Shown: positions 41,905-50,848 of the stretch, in pieces
Numbering within the stretch: position 1 is the first letter of the stretch
Layout: each line of letters opens with the position of its first letter
Source of the DNA: Candidatus Poriferihabitaceae bacterium
Lineage (GTDB): Bacteria > Pseudomonadota > Gammaproteobacteria > Arenicellales > Poriferihabitantaceae
Assembly (NCBI GenBank): GCA_965237995.1
Contig: CBDEGO010000003.1
Coordinates: forward strand, 192,511 to 256,510
Direction of reading: 5' to 3'
DNA: 64,000 nt
Notes under the pieces: generated by a model
The model's database searches: none
Told to the model about the DNA's origin: nothing
The model's input: only the letters and a program-made list of their open reading frames with translations
Made by a program: the position numbers and the translations under genes

Positions 41905-44199
41905 TTAAATATCTTCCTCCTCATCGCAAAAACAGGGGGAGCAAGGTTGAGCTAGTGAAAACGCAGCAGTGTCAGCATGACGTAGGTGATTAAGTCGGGT
42001 ATAACCATTTTGCGCCCACGGGACAACATCCAGCCGTTCAGCAAATGCTGCGTTTGAGCATGTGGTTAACAATACCGATACTGTAATGTCTTTTTCATAC
42101 TGAAACCCACTGGTATTGATATATCCGTTATTACCTGCTTTTCCAGCTAGGCCTGTAGTAGCTGCTACAGGAATTGCCGGTCCGCTAGCCTTGAATGAAT
42201 TAAAAGTATAGGTAGCAAGATCATTGGGATGCCTAGCAATAAACCTGAGACGCGCATCATCGCCGGGCTCGTAATTGTGGAAACCACAAGCTGGGTCAGG
42301 CGTAACATCACCTGCTACTGGCAACACCTCTGCATAGCAATGATTATTGTCTATACGTACCGTCATCTTGAAGCCAATAGTTTTACCTGATACATCGAGT
42401 ATTCTGTTGTAAGCAGGTGCAACACTCGATGTGATTGTGCCAGTACCAAAAGGTGCGTTTTGATCAGTTATACGAAGATCAATGCCCTTGTCTGTCCAAT
42501 TTACAAGATTGCCTGTATCATCGAACAACTCAAACTTAAGCTCGTATCGTCCAGCCGCTAAATCATCAGGTGCTGGCCCTGGGGTTATCCCTGTTATTGG
42601 ACCACTGTCAGGAGTTCCGGCCAAGCTGGCAGATTCAAAATAAGCCGTTGCAAGGTCTACATGTTCATTGAATACCTTCCATTCAGCACCGACCGGAGGA
42701 TTTACTGGACGAATCCTGAAAAGATTTTCGATAGGTGCCACGCTGGTTGGCATCGGCCCCATCAAATCTGCAGGATAACTGGTACCATCACGATAGTGTC
42801 TGAAGACCTCTTTTGTCAAGATAGTCCAGTCACTTGCCGGTGCATTTGCCGGATTGAGAACCGTCGAAATGGGCTCTGAAGCAGGTTCCGATACGGCGGT
42901 ACTAATACCATCAGGACCACTTAGCCTCCGATATGACCACCGGTAATATGGAACGTTTTTGGTATCGATCAGGCACGTTCTGCTAAAGTCAACGCGAGGT
43001 TCAAGTGTTGCACCAAAGGGTTCACCGGTGGTGAGCAATCCTTCAAGTGCAGACCCAGCAGAATCAGAATTGATCTCTTGAATCGCAACTTGATTGCCAA
43101 TTGACTTCATAAGAACTTGGCATCCAGGCAGATCGGGCTCATCTGTACAGCCAGGTACTCGTGCATCCGAAACGCGAACGGTCACTTCAGAGCCACAAGA
43201 AAAGTTCCAGTAAGTATGACAAGGAATCGGAGGGTGATAAACCGTCTCGTAGCCACTTCCAAAATCATACTCGACCCAGAAATACAAATCTGGATGATCA
43301 CCGAGACGAGGATAGGATATGTTGGCCTCAAATCTGCCATAGTCATCCGTTGTAACAACAGCAACCTCGTCACAGCGGAATTGCCACCACGGCCAGACAC
43401 AAAACCAGGGATAAATCAGCTTCCAGTTTTCGGACAGCACACTCCGAAGCACTTCGGTTGATGATGTCCCAAGCTGTAGGACAAGCTCGGACGTTGATTG
43501 TGGCAGTGATCTCGTCACATCTTGCAAATTAGTGTTGAGGTGCCGTTTTCCAGCAGATACAAACTCCGGTTGAGGTTGAAATTCATCTAGTGAAGTGTCA
43601 AACCGGAACACCGATCGATCAAACGGTACAGAGTCCTGGTTAGGAAATGGACCTGTTGGAAACGGATCACTGGGGTCAACAACCGGTGGATTTTTAATCA
43701 CATCCAAAAAATCATCTCGCAGTCTATTCAATTCAATCTCAGGTAATCTCCAAATCCATAAAGGAAGTTTGTCAACCTCACAAATATGGACACGTGCACC
43801 GCAAATGGCACGACTATCGCTACTGCGTATTACCTGGCCGTGTACATAGCAACGACCATATAACCACCTCTCGACTATTGAGTCGGGGATATGGATATTA
43901 TCGATGAGTGTTCCCTGCGTTGACACAAGCGCCTGGTATGCCCCGACGCGATACATTGTTTCTAGTGTTAGTTTTTTTTCGTTAGTGTTGTCTGTGATCG
44001 GTGTTATAAATACGCGTGCGCGGCGTAGCGCCGATTCAGATATATCTAATTTAACTTTGCCGGATTTAACTTCAGCTCGGTCGAGTTGATTGCCCGATGA
44101 ATCAAACACAACCGCATGCAGTGTCTCATCAAAATCTGATCGTTCTTCGTACGTTACCTTAAAAGCAATGCCAGATCGTTTACCTTTATTCTTTTCCAT
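41905..44199 (-). CDS. Large orphan protein (764 aa), Cys/Trp/Pro-rich, no signal peptide, no recognisable catalytic motif
   Basis: This is a long uninterrupted ORF. A CarboxypepD_reg/prealbumin-like signature appears to be split by an insert (CYVHGQVIRSSDSRAICGARVHICEVD ... CDEVAVVTTDDYGRFEANI). There are about 16 Cys residues, and the C-terminus is PCSPCFCDEEEDI. Confidence 0.7.
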   Translation of the reverse strand: MEKNKGKRSGIAFKVTYEERSDFDETLHAVVFDSSGNQLDRAEVKSGKVKLDISESALRRARVFITPITDNTNEKKLTLETMYRVGAYQALVSTQGTLIDNIHIPDSIVERWLYGRCYVHGQVIRSSDSRAICGARVHICEVDKLPLWIWRLPEIELNRLRDDFLDVIKNPPVVDPSDPFPTGPFPNQDSVPFDRSVFRFDTSLDEFQPQPEFVSAGKRHLNTNLQDVTRSLPQSTSELVLQLGTSSTEVLRSVLSENWKLIYPWFCVWPWWQFRCDEVAVVTTDDYGRFEANISYPRLGDHPDLYFWVEYDFGSGYETVYHPPIPCHTYWNFSCGSEVTVRVSDARVPGCTDEPDLPGCQVLMKSIGNQVAIQEINSDSAGSALEGLLTTGEPFGATLEPRVDFSRTCLIDTKNVPYYRWSYRRLSGPDGISTAVSEPASEPISTVLNPANAPASDWTILTKEVFRHYRDGTSYPADLMGPMPTSVAPIENLFRIRPVNPPVGAEWKVFNEHVDLATAYFESASLAGTPDSGPITGITPGPAPDDLAAGRYELKFELFDDTGNLVNWTDKGIDLRITDQNAPFGTGTITSSVAPAYNRILDVSGKTIGFKMTVRIDNNHCYAEVLPVAGDVTPDPACGFHNYEPGDDARLRFIARHPNDLATYTFNSFKASGPAIPVAATTGLAGKAGNNGYINTSGFQYEKDITVSVLLTTCSNAAFAERLDVVPWAQNGYTRLNHLRHADTAAFSLAQPCSPCFCDEEEDI

Positions 44200-44390
44200 T
44201 TCTATCGTCCCTCAATTTTGGTTTATCTAAAGCACAAATATTATTCATATTTATTTGTACTAGATTAACTGTACGCTCTAATTAAAAATTTATCTGTGTG
44301 AGAACCCACATAATCTATTTAAATAATTGACCCTACCTGCTTATCCTAGGGAAGCGCTGATAAACTCTGATTTTTGGTAATGAATCAGGT

Positions 44391-44700
44391 GGCATTGTCA
44401 GACTAACTTTAGCTAGCCACAAGATATTGGCTGCAAATACCTACTAATATGCACAGATTTCTCGCCACTGTCGTAGCGCAGTGAATCGCAAGTATGTGTA
44501 TTGCTCTCTTTTCTGAAGGCGTCTCTGATTATTAAAGTGATTGTAAAATTGTGCGTGAATACTAGTTAGTTTCTGTAACGTTTTTAGTTTCCTGAACCTC
44601 AACATTGCACGTTCTCGACGTCGAAGCGGCATGTGTGAACTCTCGCAGCGGTTGTTTAAATACTGCTCAGCATCTTGTAAGTGAACTTGCTCCTAGGTCT
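44391..44700 (-). mobile_element. IS6-family remnant (terminal IR plus C-terminal third of the transposase only)
   Basis: The minus-strand translation ...VHLQDAEQYLNNRCESSHMPLRRRERAMLRFRKLKTLQKLTSIHAQFYNHFNNQRRL matches the IS6 C-terminal signature (KYLNNRxExxH..RRRER.M..FKS...QRFL..H....N.F). An IS6-like end, GGCATTGTCAGAC, lies at 44391. The frame breaks by stops above about 44700. Confidence 0.7.
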
Positions 44701-44762
44701 CTCAACAGTTCTGATTAACTGTGTGTTCCTACTTTTACATATTGTAAGCAGACCCCAAATGC

Positions 44763-45026
44763 ATGCAAATAACATTTAACTTTTTTGAAGCAGTTCAAAT
44801 CAGATGGCCAGTGTCTTGGAACGATAGAGAAACTAAAGGAAATGTTCTTCCTACTACCAACGGATTTAAAGCTCTAATGAGGTTCCTCAAGCCTGTATAT
44901 TTTGAACTCGTCAAGGAGAGTAATATTGGTAGGGTTCCAAGTATAGATGAGTTCTTCTCAATATTAAACGGAGTAGAGCTGGAGGATAATCAGTTTAATA
45001 CCTTTAAGCCTGGTGTTCTAGGTTGA
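44763..45026 (+). pseudogene. Gene fragment truncated by the IS3 insertion
   Basis: The 87-aa ORF takes its TGA stop (45024-45026) from the first bases of the IS3 terminal repeat (TGAT...). It is bounded upstream by the IS6 scrap. Confidence 0.45.
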
Positions 45027-45061
45027 TTTAATTGCACACATTAATAAGAGGATTTTCGTAT

Positions 45062-45629
45062 TCATTCGGACCTACATAGTCCAATAGTTGAATGCAGCCT
45101 AGTTCCGTTATAGTAACGGATGTATTTATTTACGTCATTGATTACTCCGTTGCGAGTCAGACGAATAACATTGGTTAGCCATTCATATTTCAAGCTACCA
45201 AAGAATCGTTCTACAACTGCGTTATCATAGCAGTTGCCTTTGCCACTCATTGAGCTTTGCATGCCATATTGGGTTAGCTGCTTACGATAAGCATGGCTCG
45301 TATATTGAATTCCCCGATCACTGTGATAAAATAGACCTCGAGATGGTTTACACAACGCATGAGCGTAATTCAAAGCACGCATTACTAATTCAGTAGTCAT
45401 GCGTTGTTCATAGCCCAGTCAACGATCTTGCGAGAATATAAGTCCATCATAATAGCGAAATAAATCCAGCCTTGCCGCGTGGGAAGATAAGTAATATCAG
45501 TACCCCAAGCTTGGTTCACCTTGACTGGCTTTCGGCGTCAATGATAATACGCGCTAGTACTGACACGTAACGCTGAGCATAAATCCACCACTGAGTAGTT
45601 TAACGTCCACTGTGCAATAGTCTTGAATT
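45062..45629 (-). pseudogene. IS3-family transposase OrfB, disrupted
   Basis: The intact C-terminal rve region is HSDRGIQYTSHAYR...GNCYDNAVVERFF. The region 45401-45629 keeps only frame-shifted pieces (FKTIAQWTLNYSVVDLC; GTDITYLPT-like) and is about 300 bp short. Confidence 0.8.
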
Positions 45630-45923
45630 TCACTTCATTTCTTTCGCAAAGTAGGCGCTGGCCTTTTTTAATATCTCCTTCTCAGTACGGGGCTTTTTAA
45701 CGTCCTTACGTAACCTAAGCAGTTCTTCTCTATCTTCACCCGTTAAGCGTTCGCCGCTTGCCTCTTCAGCGATACGCTGTTTCCATCCATATATTTGGTT
45801 TGCTCGAACGCCGACAGCATCAGCAGCTTCAAGCACGGTGTAGCCCTGGTCTGTGACTAGAGCAACTGCTTCTTCTTTGAATTGCTTGGTATATGTTTTA
45901 TTCTTACGTTTTGTAGATGTCAT
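45630..45923 (-). CDS. IS3-family transposase OrfA (HTH)
   Basis: The protein begins KTYTKQFKEEAVALV and ends in a leucine-zipper-like tail. The canonical A-AAA-AAG slippery heptamer is at 45671-45663. Confidence 0.85.
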   Translation of the reverse strand: MTSTKRKNKTYTKQFKEEAVALVTDQGYTVLEAADAVGVRANQIYGWKQRIAEEASGERLTGEDREELLRLRKDVKKPRTEKEILKKASAYFAKEMK

Positions 45924-46007
45924 TTGAACCTCGATAAGTGATTAAATTATCTCTTATCAATCTGGTCAATTCCATCAACTTAGAACACCATCATCAAATA
46001 GTGCAAA

Positions 46008-47492
46008 CTAAGTACTGATCTTCTCAACCGCAGTGTTCCAACCGTTAAGCAATAAAGTACGCTCATCCTGATTCATAACCGCATTGAACTCGCGTTCTAA
46101 CTGCCATTTTCCCGCAATGCTTTCGAGAGATTCATAAACCCCTACCCTGATCCCTGCGAGAAAGGCTGCCCCCAAGGCAGTGGTTTCTACTTCTGATGGC
46201 CGCTCAACAGTCACATCAAGAATGTTAGCCAGAAAACCACATAGCCAATTATTTTGCACCATGCCGCCATCCACCCTTAATTTGCTAGGCAACACACCAT
46301 CATCTTCCATCGCCCCTAACAAGTCTGCTGTTTGGTAGCACACTGACTCAAGTGTTGCGCGCACTAGCTCTGCTTGGCCTGTATCACGCGTCATTCCGAA
46401 TATCGCCGCTCGGGCATCTGGGTTCCAGTGCGGCGCGCCCAACCCTGTAAAGGCAGGAACTAAATAGACACCAGAATTTGATTGCAAACTGGATGCCATT
46501 GACTCAGTCTGCTCAGCCGAATCGATAATGCCAATACCGTCCCGTAGCCATTGCACTGCAGCGCCTGCCATAAATATAGAGCCCTCAAGTGCGTAGGTCG
46601 TAACGCCATTTAAACGGTAGGCGACTGTGGTTAATAATTTGTTGTTTGATCTAACCACTTGAGCACCTGTATTTAGAATCATAAAGCAACCCGTTCCATA
46701 AGTGCTTTTAACCATACCCGGTTTGAAACAAGCTTGGCCAATTAAAGCCGATTGCTGGTCACCCGCTACGCCACAAATGGCTATTTGCTCGCCCACTACG
46801 CTATTGCTTGTAAGCCCGTAGTCATCTGAGCTATCTTTCACCTCAGGAAGAACTGAATACGGTACCTCAACAGCATCAAGCAGTTCTTGGTCCCAACATT
46901 GCTGATTAATGTCAAATAACATCGTGCGTGAAGCATTAGTGGCATCTGTGGCGTGCACTTCACCGTCTGTTAGCCGCCATATCAAGAAACTATCGATCGT
47001 ACCGAATGCGAGTTCTCCACGTTGTGCGCGCTCAAGTGCGCCGTCAACATGATTCAAAATCCAATTGATTTTCGTTGCTGAAAAGTAAGGGTCTAATAGC
47101 AAGCCCGTCTTCTCAGAAATCATGGCCTCTAGCCCACGTTCTCGCAGCAAATCGCAATACCGCGCGCTACGTCGGTCTTGCCACACGATGGCGTTATAAA
47201 CCACTTGGCCTGTCGCCCTATCCCAAACAACCGTTGTTTCGCGTTGATTGGTGATACCCATTGCAGCAATTTTTACTTCATGTTGCTTGGCCCAAGCAAT
47301 CGCCTGTTTCATCACATCCAATGTTGTTGACCAAATTTCTTCTGGGTCATGCTCAACCCAACCATCTTCAGGAAAGTATTGTGTAAACTCTTTTTGTGCA
47401 GTAAAGCACGAGCGCGCATTTTCATCAAATAAAATGGCGCGTGAACTCGTGGTTCCTTGATCGACGCTAAGTAAATATTGTTTCACTGACAC
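46008..47492 (-). CDS. glpK: Glycerol kinase
   Basis: The protein has [18 protein letters not shown] and other FGGY-family motifs. The start is the GTG at 47492, or the GTG two codons downstream. Confidence 0.95.
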   Translation of the reverse strand: MSVKQYLLSVDQGTTSSRAILFDENARSCFTAQKEFTQYFPEDGWVEHDPEEIWSTTLDVMKQAIAWAKQHEVKIAAMGITNQRETTVVWDRATGQVVYNAIVWQDRRSARYCDLLRERGLEAMISEKTGLLLDPYFSATKINWILNHVDGALERAQRGELAFGTIDSFLIWRLTDGEVHATDATNASRTMLFDINQQCWDQELLDAVEVPYSVLPEVKDSSDDYGLTSNSVVGEQIAICGVAGDQQSALIGQACFKPGMVKSTYGTGCFMILNTGAQVVRSNNKLLTTVAYRLNGVTTYALEGSIFMAGAAVQWLRDGIGIIDSAEQTESMASSLQSNSGVYLVPAFTGLGAPHWNPDARAAIFGMTRDTGQAELVRATLESVCYQTADLLGAMEDDGVLPSKLRVDGGMVQNNWLCGFLANILDVTVERPSEVETTALGAAFLAGIRVGVYESLESIAGKWQLEREFNAVMNQDERTLLLNGWNTAVEKIST

Positions 47493-47504
47493 ACCCCGTT
47501 ACTT

Positions 47505-48062
47505 AACAACCACCGTCTAAAGACGGTGGGTTAAAAGATTGGACTGGAAGTCCAGTTTATCGGCTAAAGCTGATTGATCACTCGACATCGAAATGGTCAT
47601 TTGGATTCCTCTCAAAATGATGCTCCAAGTATTCTTTTATCATCTCTTTCGTTAATTCCCCTGCCGTCACACAAAAATAACCTCTGGCCCAAAACTGTCG
47701 ACCCCAATATCGCTTCTTTAAATGCGGAAACTCTTGAAATATCTTTGTCGAACTTCTCCCTTTAATTCGCCGCATGATCTCTGATGGGGACAAATTCGGT
47801 GGCGCCGATATCAATAGATGTACATGATCTTTACTTACCACTCCGCGCAATATCTCTATCTCTAAATACTCACATGTTTGGCGTACTAATTCTCGAACCC
47901 TTTCTCCAACTTCTTCTATAAGGACTTGATAACGATACTTCGTGACCCACACAAAATGGTACTCTACCTTGTATTTCGTATGCGAACCATGACGATATTT
48001 CATCGTCATATCTTAAAGCCAACTGCTAGCTTAAAGCTACCCGTCTAAAGACGGGGGTTTAA
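47505..48062 (-). mobile_element. IS200-type insertion sequence (IS200/IS605 family, tnpA only)
   Basis: tnpA is flanked by similar subterminal hairpins in the same orientation. These are CCACCGTC-TAAA-GACGGTGG (47510-47529) and CCCGTC-TAAA-GACGGG (48040-48055). The exact ends are uncertain. Confidence 0.8.
47578..48009 (-). CDS. tnpA: IS200/IS605-family Y1 (HUH) transposase TnpA
   Basis: The N-terminus is KYKVEYHFVWVTKYRYQVL, the HUH motif is DHVHLLIS and the catalytic Tyr context is WARGYFCVTAG. The protein is 143 aa and appears intact. Confidence 0.92.
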   Translation of the reverse strand: MTMKYRHGSHTKYKVEYHFVWVTKYRYQVLIEEVGERVRELVRQTCEYLEIEILRGVVSKDHVHLLISAPPNLSPSEIMRRIKGRSSTKIFQEFPHLKKRYWGRQFWARGYFCVTAGELTKEMIKEYLEHHFERNPNDHFDVE

Positions 48063-48096
48063 ACCTTTATATCGGACGAATTAAATTTGCTGAATC

Positions 48097-49701
48097 TTAC
48101 ACCCGAAAATACTCATCATATTTTACCTTTGCTTCATTGCCAAATAAGTGTTCACAAACCGCGAATATGGCTGGCGATATTTTGAGTTCATCATGTGACA
48201 TCACCATCGCAACTTTAGAGCGACGCCGCAGAAAATCTTCTAAGGTAACGACTAGTTCATTGTTCGCAATATAACTTAACTCACAACGACTTACTCCCGC
48301 ACTATCTATCGTGTAATCGCTAAGCGAAGGGTCTTGCTCAATGGCATCCAACATCGAATTTGCGGCACTTAAATAACGCCGCCAAAGGCGTTGACTTAAT
48401 ATTTCACCCGTATCTTGCGCAACAATTTTATCAAGCCCTAGTTGTTTAGCTCGACGAAAATAGGCCAAGCGCACTGCCTTTCCGGGTTCACCATACCATT
48501 TGTGAGCGGCAATGGGCAAATTCACCCCGAGTTGCGCAACACGGTCACAGACTTCATCACCTACATTTAAGCAATCGGTAAGCTTACCCCCAAATATGCT
48601 GATATGCCCTAAGTCAGCAGACACCTCAACAACGTGTTTTCGTGACAACTGTAGAAAATCACTCTGCCTTTCTTGGTCGTTTTTAACGGCTAATGGCCGT
48701 ACTCCACAGCGTTCTGATATAACATCATCACGCGTTAAAGGCGACGGTAGATCAAGCTTGGCATTTATGTTCGATAGAATGAATTCTCGGTCTTCGTCCG
48801 TCACCTCAGTATGCATATCATCTAAGCGAGTATCAGTAGTGCCGATGCAAGTGCAAGCCCCCATGGGGATAGCAAAAAATAAACGCCCGTCATCGGCAAA
48901 AAAGGCAAGCACTCTATTGTTATCAGAGATACGCGGCACGATCAAATGAACGCCCTTTGAAAACAAATGGTTATAATTTGTTTTAACTCCTACCAGCTCG
49001 TTATGTTGGTCGGTAAACGCCCCAGTTGCGTTGATTAATAATTTTGATTGAATATTAAATTCTCGCCCACTTTCGTTGTCTTTAACTTGAGTTGTCCAAC
49101 TACCTGACTTAGCTCTGCTTGCGCCTAATGACTCAACATAATTTACAGCACTCGCGCCGTTATCCATCGCGCTCTTCACAAAATTGAAAACAAACCGAGC
49201 ATCGTTGTCCTTCAAATACGCATCTGAATATTCAATGCTACCGCGGCTGGTTTCGGTATCGATGACGGGTTCTCGAGCTTCAGTTGCCGCTACAGAATAC
49301 AATCTCGGAGTACGTGTCCTACCCCGTCCAAATAGCCAATAAAGCCATGTGCCCGCTAGCATCATTAGCGGATGAAAGCGAAACCCTGTTGAGATGGTGG
49401 TCAAAAAGCGAACCTCCTTTACGACAGAAGGAAAACTACGCAACAGCTCATTGCGAGACTTGCATAAGCCAGCAACCAAGCCAAATTCATAGTTTTCCAT
49501 GTACTTGATTCCACCCCAAACTAAATTGGATGATTCTTGGCTGGTAAAACCGGCAAAATCGCGCGCGTCGATCAGCCCAACTTTAACGCCTCGCGCGGCA
49601 AGCGCGGCGGCTGACACTGCGCCGTTAATCCCACCACCTATGATCAAAACATCGAACATTGTGGACTCTAACTGCTCTAGATTCTTTGTACGCAGGTCCA
49701 T
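48097..49701 (-). CDS. glpD: FAD-dependent glycerol-3-phosphate dehydrogenase
   Basis: The dinucleotide fold is FDVLIIGGGINGAVSA. The protein is 534 aa and shows the GlpD pattern. Confidence 0.9.
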   Translation of the reverse strand: MDLRTKNLEQLESTMFDVLIIGGGINGAVSAAALAARGVKVGLIDARDFAGFTSQESSNLVWGGIKYMENYEFGLVAGLCKSRNELLRSFPSVVKEVRFLTTISTGFRFHPLMMLAGTWLYWLFGRGRTRTPRLYSVAATEAREPVIDTETSRGSIEYSDAYLKDNDARFVFNFVKSAMDNGASAVNYVESLGASRAKSGSWTTQVKDNESGREFNIQSKLLINATGAFTDQHNELVGVKTNYNHLFSKGVHLIVPRISDNNRVLAFFADDGRLFFAIPMGACTCIGTTDTRLDDMHTEVTDEDREFILSNINAKLDLPSPLTRDDVISERCGVRPLAVKNDQERQSDFLQLSRKHVVEVSADLGHISIFGGKLTDCLNVGDEVCDRVAQLGVNLPIAAHKWYGEPGKAVRLAYFRRAKQLGLDKIVAQDTGEILSQRLWRRYLSAANSMLDAIEQDPSLSDYTIDSAGVSRCELSYIANNELVVTLEDFLRRRSKVAMVMSHDELKISPAIFAVCEHLFGNEAKVKYDEYFRV

Positions 49702-49740
49702 ATTAATAAAACAAACTGAAAGAAGTGTGGTGAGTGTTAC

Positions 49741-50022
49741 TCAAACTCGTTTAAAAACAAAAATTGCCCACATAATAGACAAAACAAGTCCGCCCCAAAG
49801 TGGCGCACCAAAAAAATACAGCCAAGCCATGTTAATAAACCCAGCACCGACCCATGACAGAAATAATCGGTCGCCGCGTGTGGTATCTATACCAAACACT
49901 CCGCGCCGAGGATTCCCTCCCGGTGAAAGCTTTTCCCACACGCCCATAATGACAATAGACAAAATGACACAAATAAAAAATGTAGCCGAAGGCCAAGTCC
50001 AAGCCATCCAAGATAAATTCAT
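49741..50022 (-). CDS. DUF2160 small membrane protein (GlpU-like)
   Basis: The start is trimmed to MNLSWMAWTWP. The gene follows the two permeases, as in Rhizobium-type glycerol ABC loci. Confidence 0.7.
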   Translation of the reverse strand: MNLSWMAWTWPSATFFICVILSIVIMGVWEKLSPGGNPRRGVFGIDTTRGDRLFLSWVGAGFINMAWLYFFGAPLWGGLVLSIMWAIFVFKRV

Positions 50023-50041
50023 ATCAATACTCCGCTTACTT

Positions 50042-50845
50042 TTAGACCCGACCGAGTGCAAAGCCCTTGGCGATATGATGCCGCACGAAATAAATGACGA
50101 ATGCACCAGGTATGATGGTTAGCGATCCCGCAGCCGCTAACAAGCCGAGTTGGTAACCAGACGTACTTGCGGTTCGTGTCATTATCGCAGCAATCGGTTT
50201 GGCATCGACAGAGGTAAGCGTTTTAGCCAATAATAGTTCTACCCATGAATACATAAAGCAGAAAAATGCGGCTACGCCTATCCCTGCTGCAATCGTAGGG
50301 ATAAATATTTTGAGAAAAAACTTCCAAAACGAATAACCGTCGAGGTAAGCCGTTTCGTCGAGCTCTCTGGGTATGCCCGACATAAAACCTTCAAGAATCC
50401 ACACTGCTAACGGAATATTAAATAAGCAATGTGCTATCGCCACGGCTAGATGGGTATCAAACAATTCAATGGCTGAATACAATTGAAAAAAGGGTAAGGC
50501 AAAAACTGCGGGTGGCGCCATGCGATTAGTCAGCAACCAGAAAAATACATGTTTATCTCCTAAAAACCGGTAACGGGAAAACGCATAGGCAGCAGGTAAG
50601 GCAACTGAAATGGATAGAACCGTGTTGATTACCACGTAAATTAATGAATTGATGTAACCGTTATACCAACTCGGATCGGTAAAGATAGTTTTATAGTTTT
50701 CCAAAGTGAATTCTTGCGGAAAGAACGAAAAACCGCCAAGAATTTCGTTTGTCGTCTTGAACGACATCGATACCAACCCATAGATAGGCAACATCAAGAA
50801 TACGATGTAAAAAGTTGGCCCTATCCATTTTTTATTAAAACTCAT
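50042..50845 (-). CDS. Carbohydrate/glycerol ABC transporter permease
   Basis: The 267-aa protein has six TM segments and a MalG/UgpE-type EAA loop (PRELDETAYLDGYSFWKFF). Confidence 0.85.
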   Translation of the reverse strand: MSFNKKWIGPTFYIVFLMLPIYGLVSMSFKTTNEILGGFSFFPQEFTLENYKTIFTDPSWYNGYINSLIYVVINTVLSISVALPAAYAFSRYRFLGDKHVFFWLLTNRMAPPAVFALPFFQLYSAIELFDTHLAVAIAHCLFNIPLAVWILEGFMSGIPRELDETAYLDGYSFWKFFLKIFIPTIAAGIGVAAFFCFMYSWVELLLAKTLTSVDAKPIAAIMTRTASTSGYQLGLLAAAGSLTIIPGAFVIYFVRHHIAKGFALGRV

Positions 50846-50848
50846 TGT

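Larger units (their letters stand above)
45024..45977 (-). mobile_element. IS3-family element, internally deleted (about 0.95 kb)
   Basis: The imperfect terminal inverted repeats are TGATTTAATTGCACACATTAATAAGAG (45024-) and the reverse complement of 45951-45977 (TGATGGAATTGACCAGATTGATAAGAG). orfA and a truncated orfB lie inside. Confidence 0.8.

Noticed and set aside
44763-45026. An impression that the 87-aa fragment resembles part of a DndB/DGQHR-type protein.
   Set aside because: This was only a vague resemblance, with no diagnostic motif present. It is kept as an unidentified truncated gene.
39847-46007. A search for an attR direct repeat of the tRNA-Arg 3' end, to delimit the island.
   Set aside because: No convincing repeat was found by eye. 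A computational search is needed, so no att site is reported.
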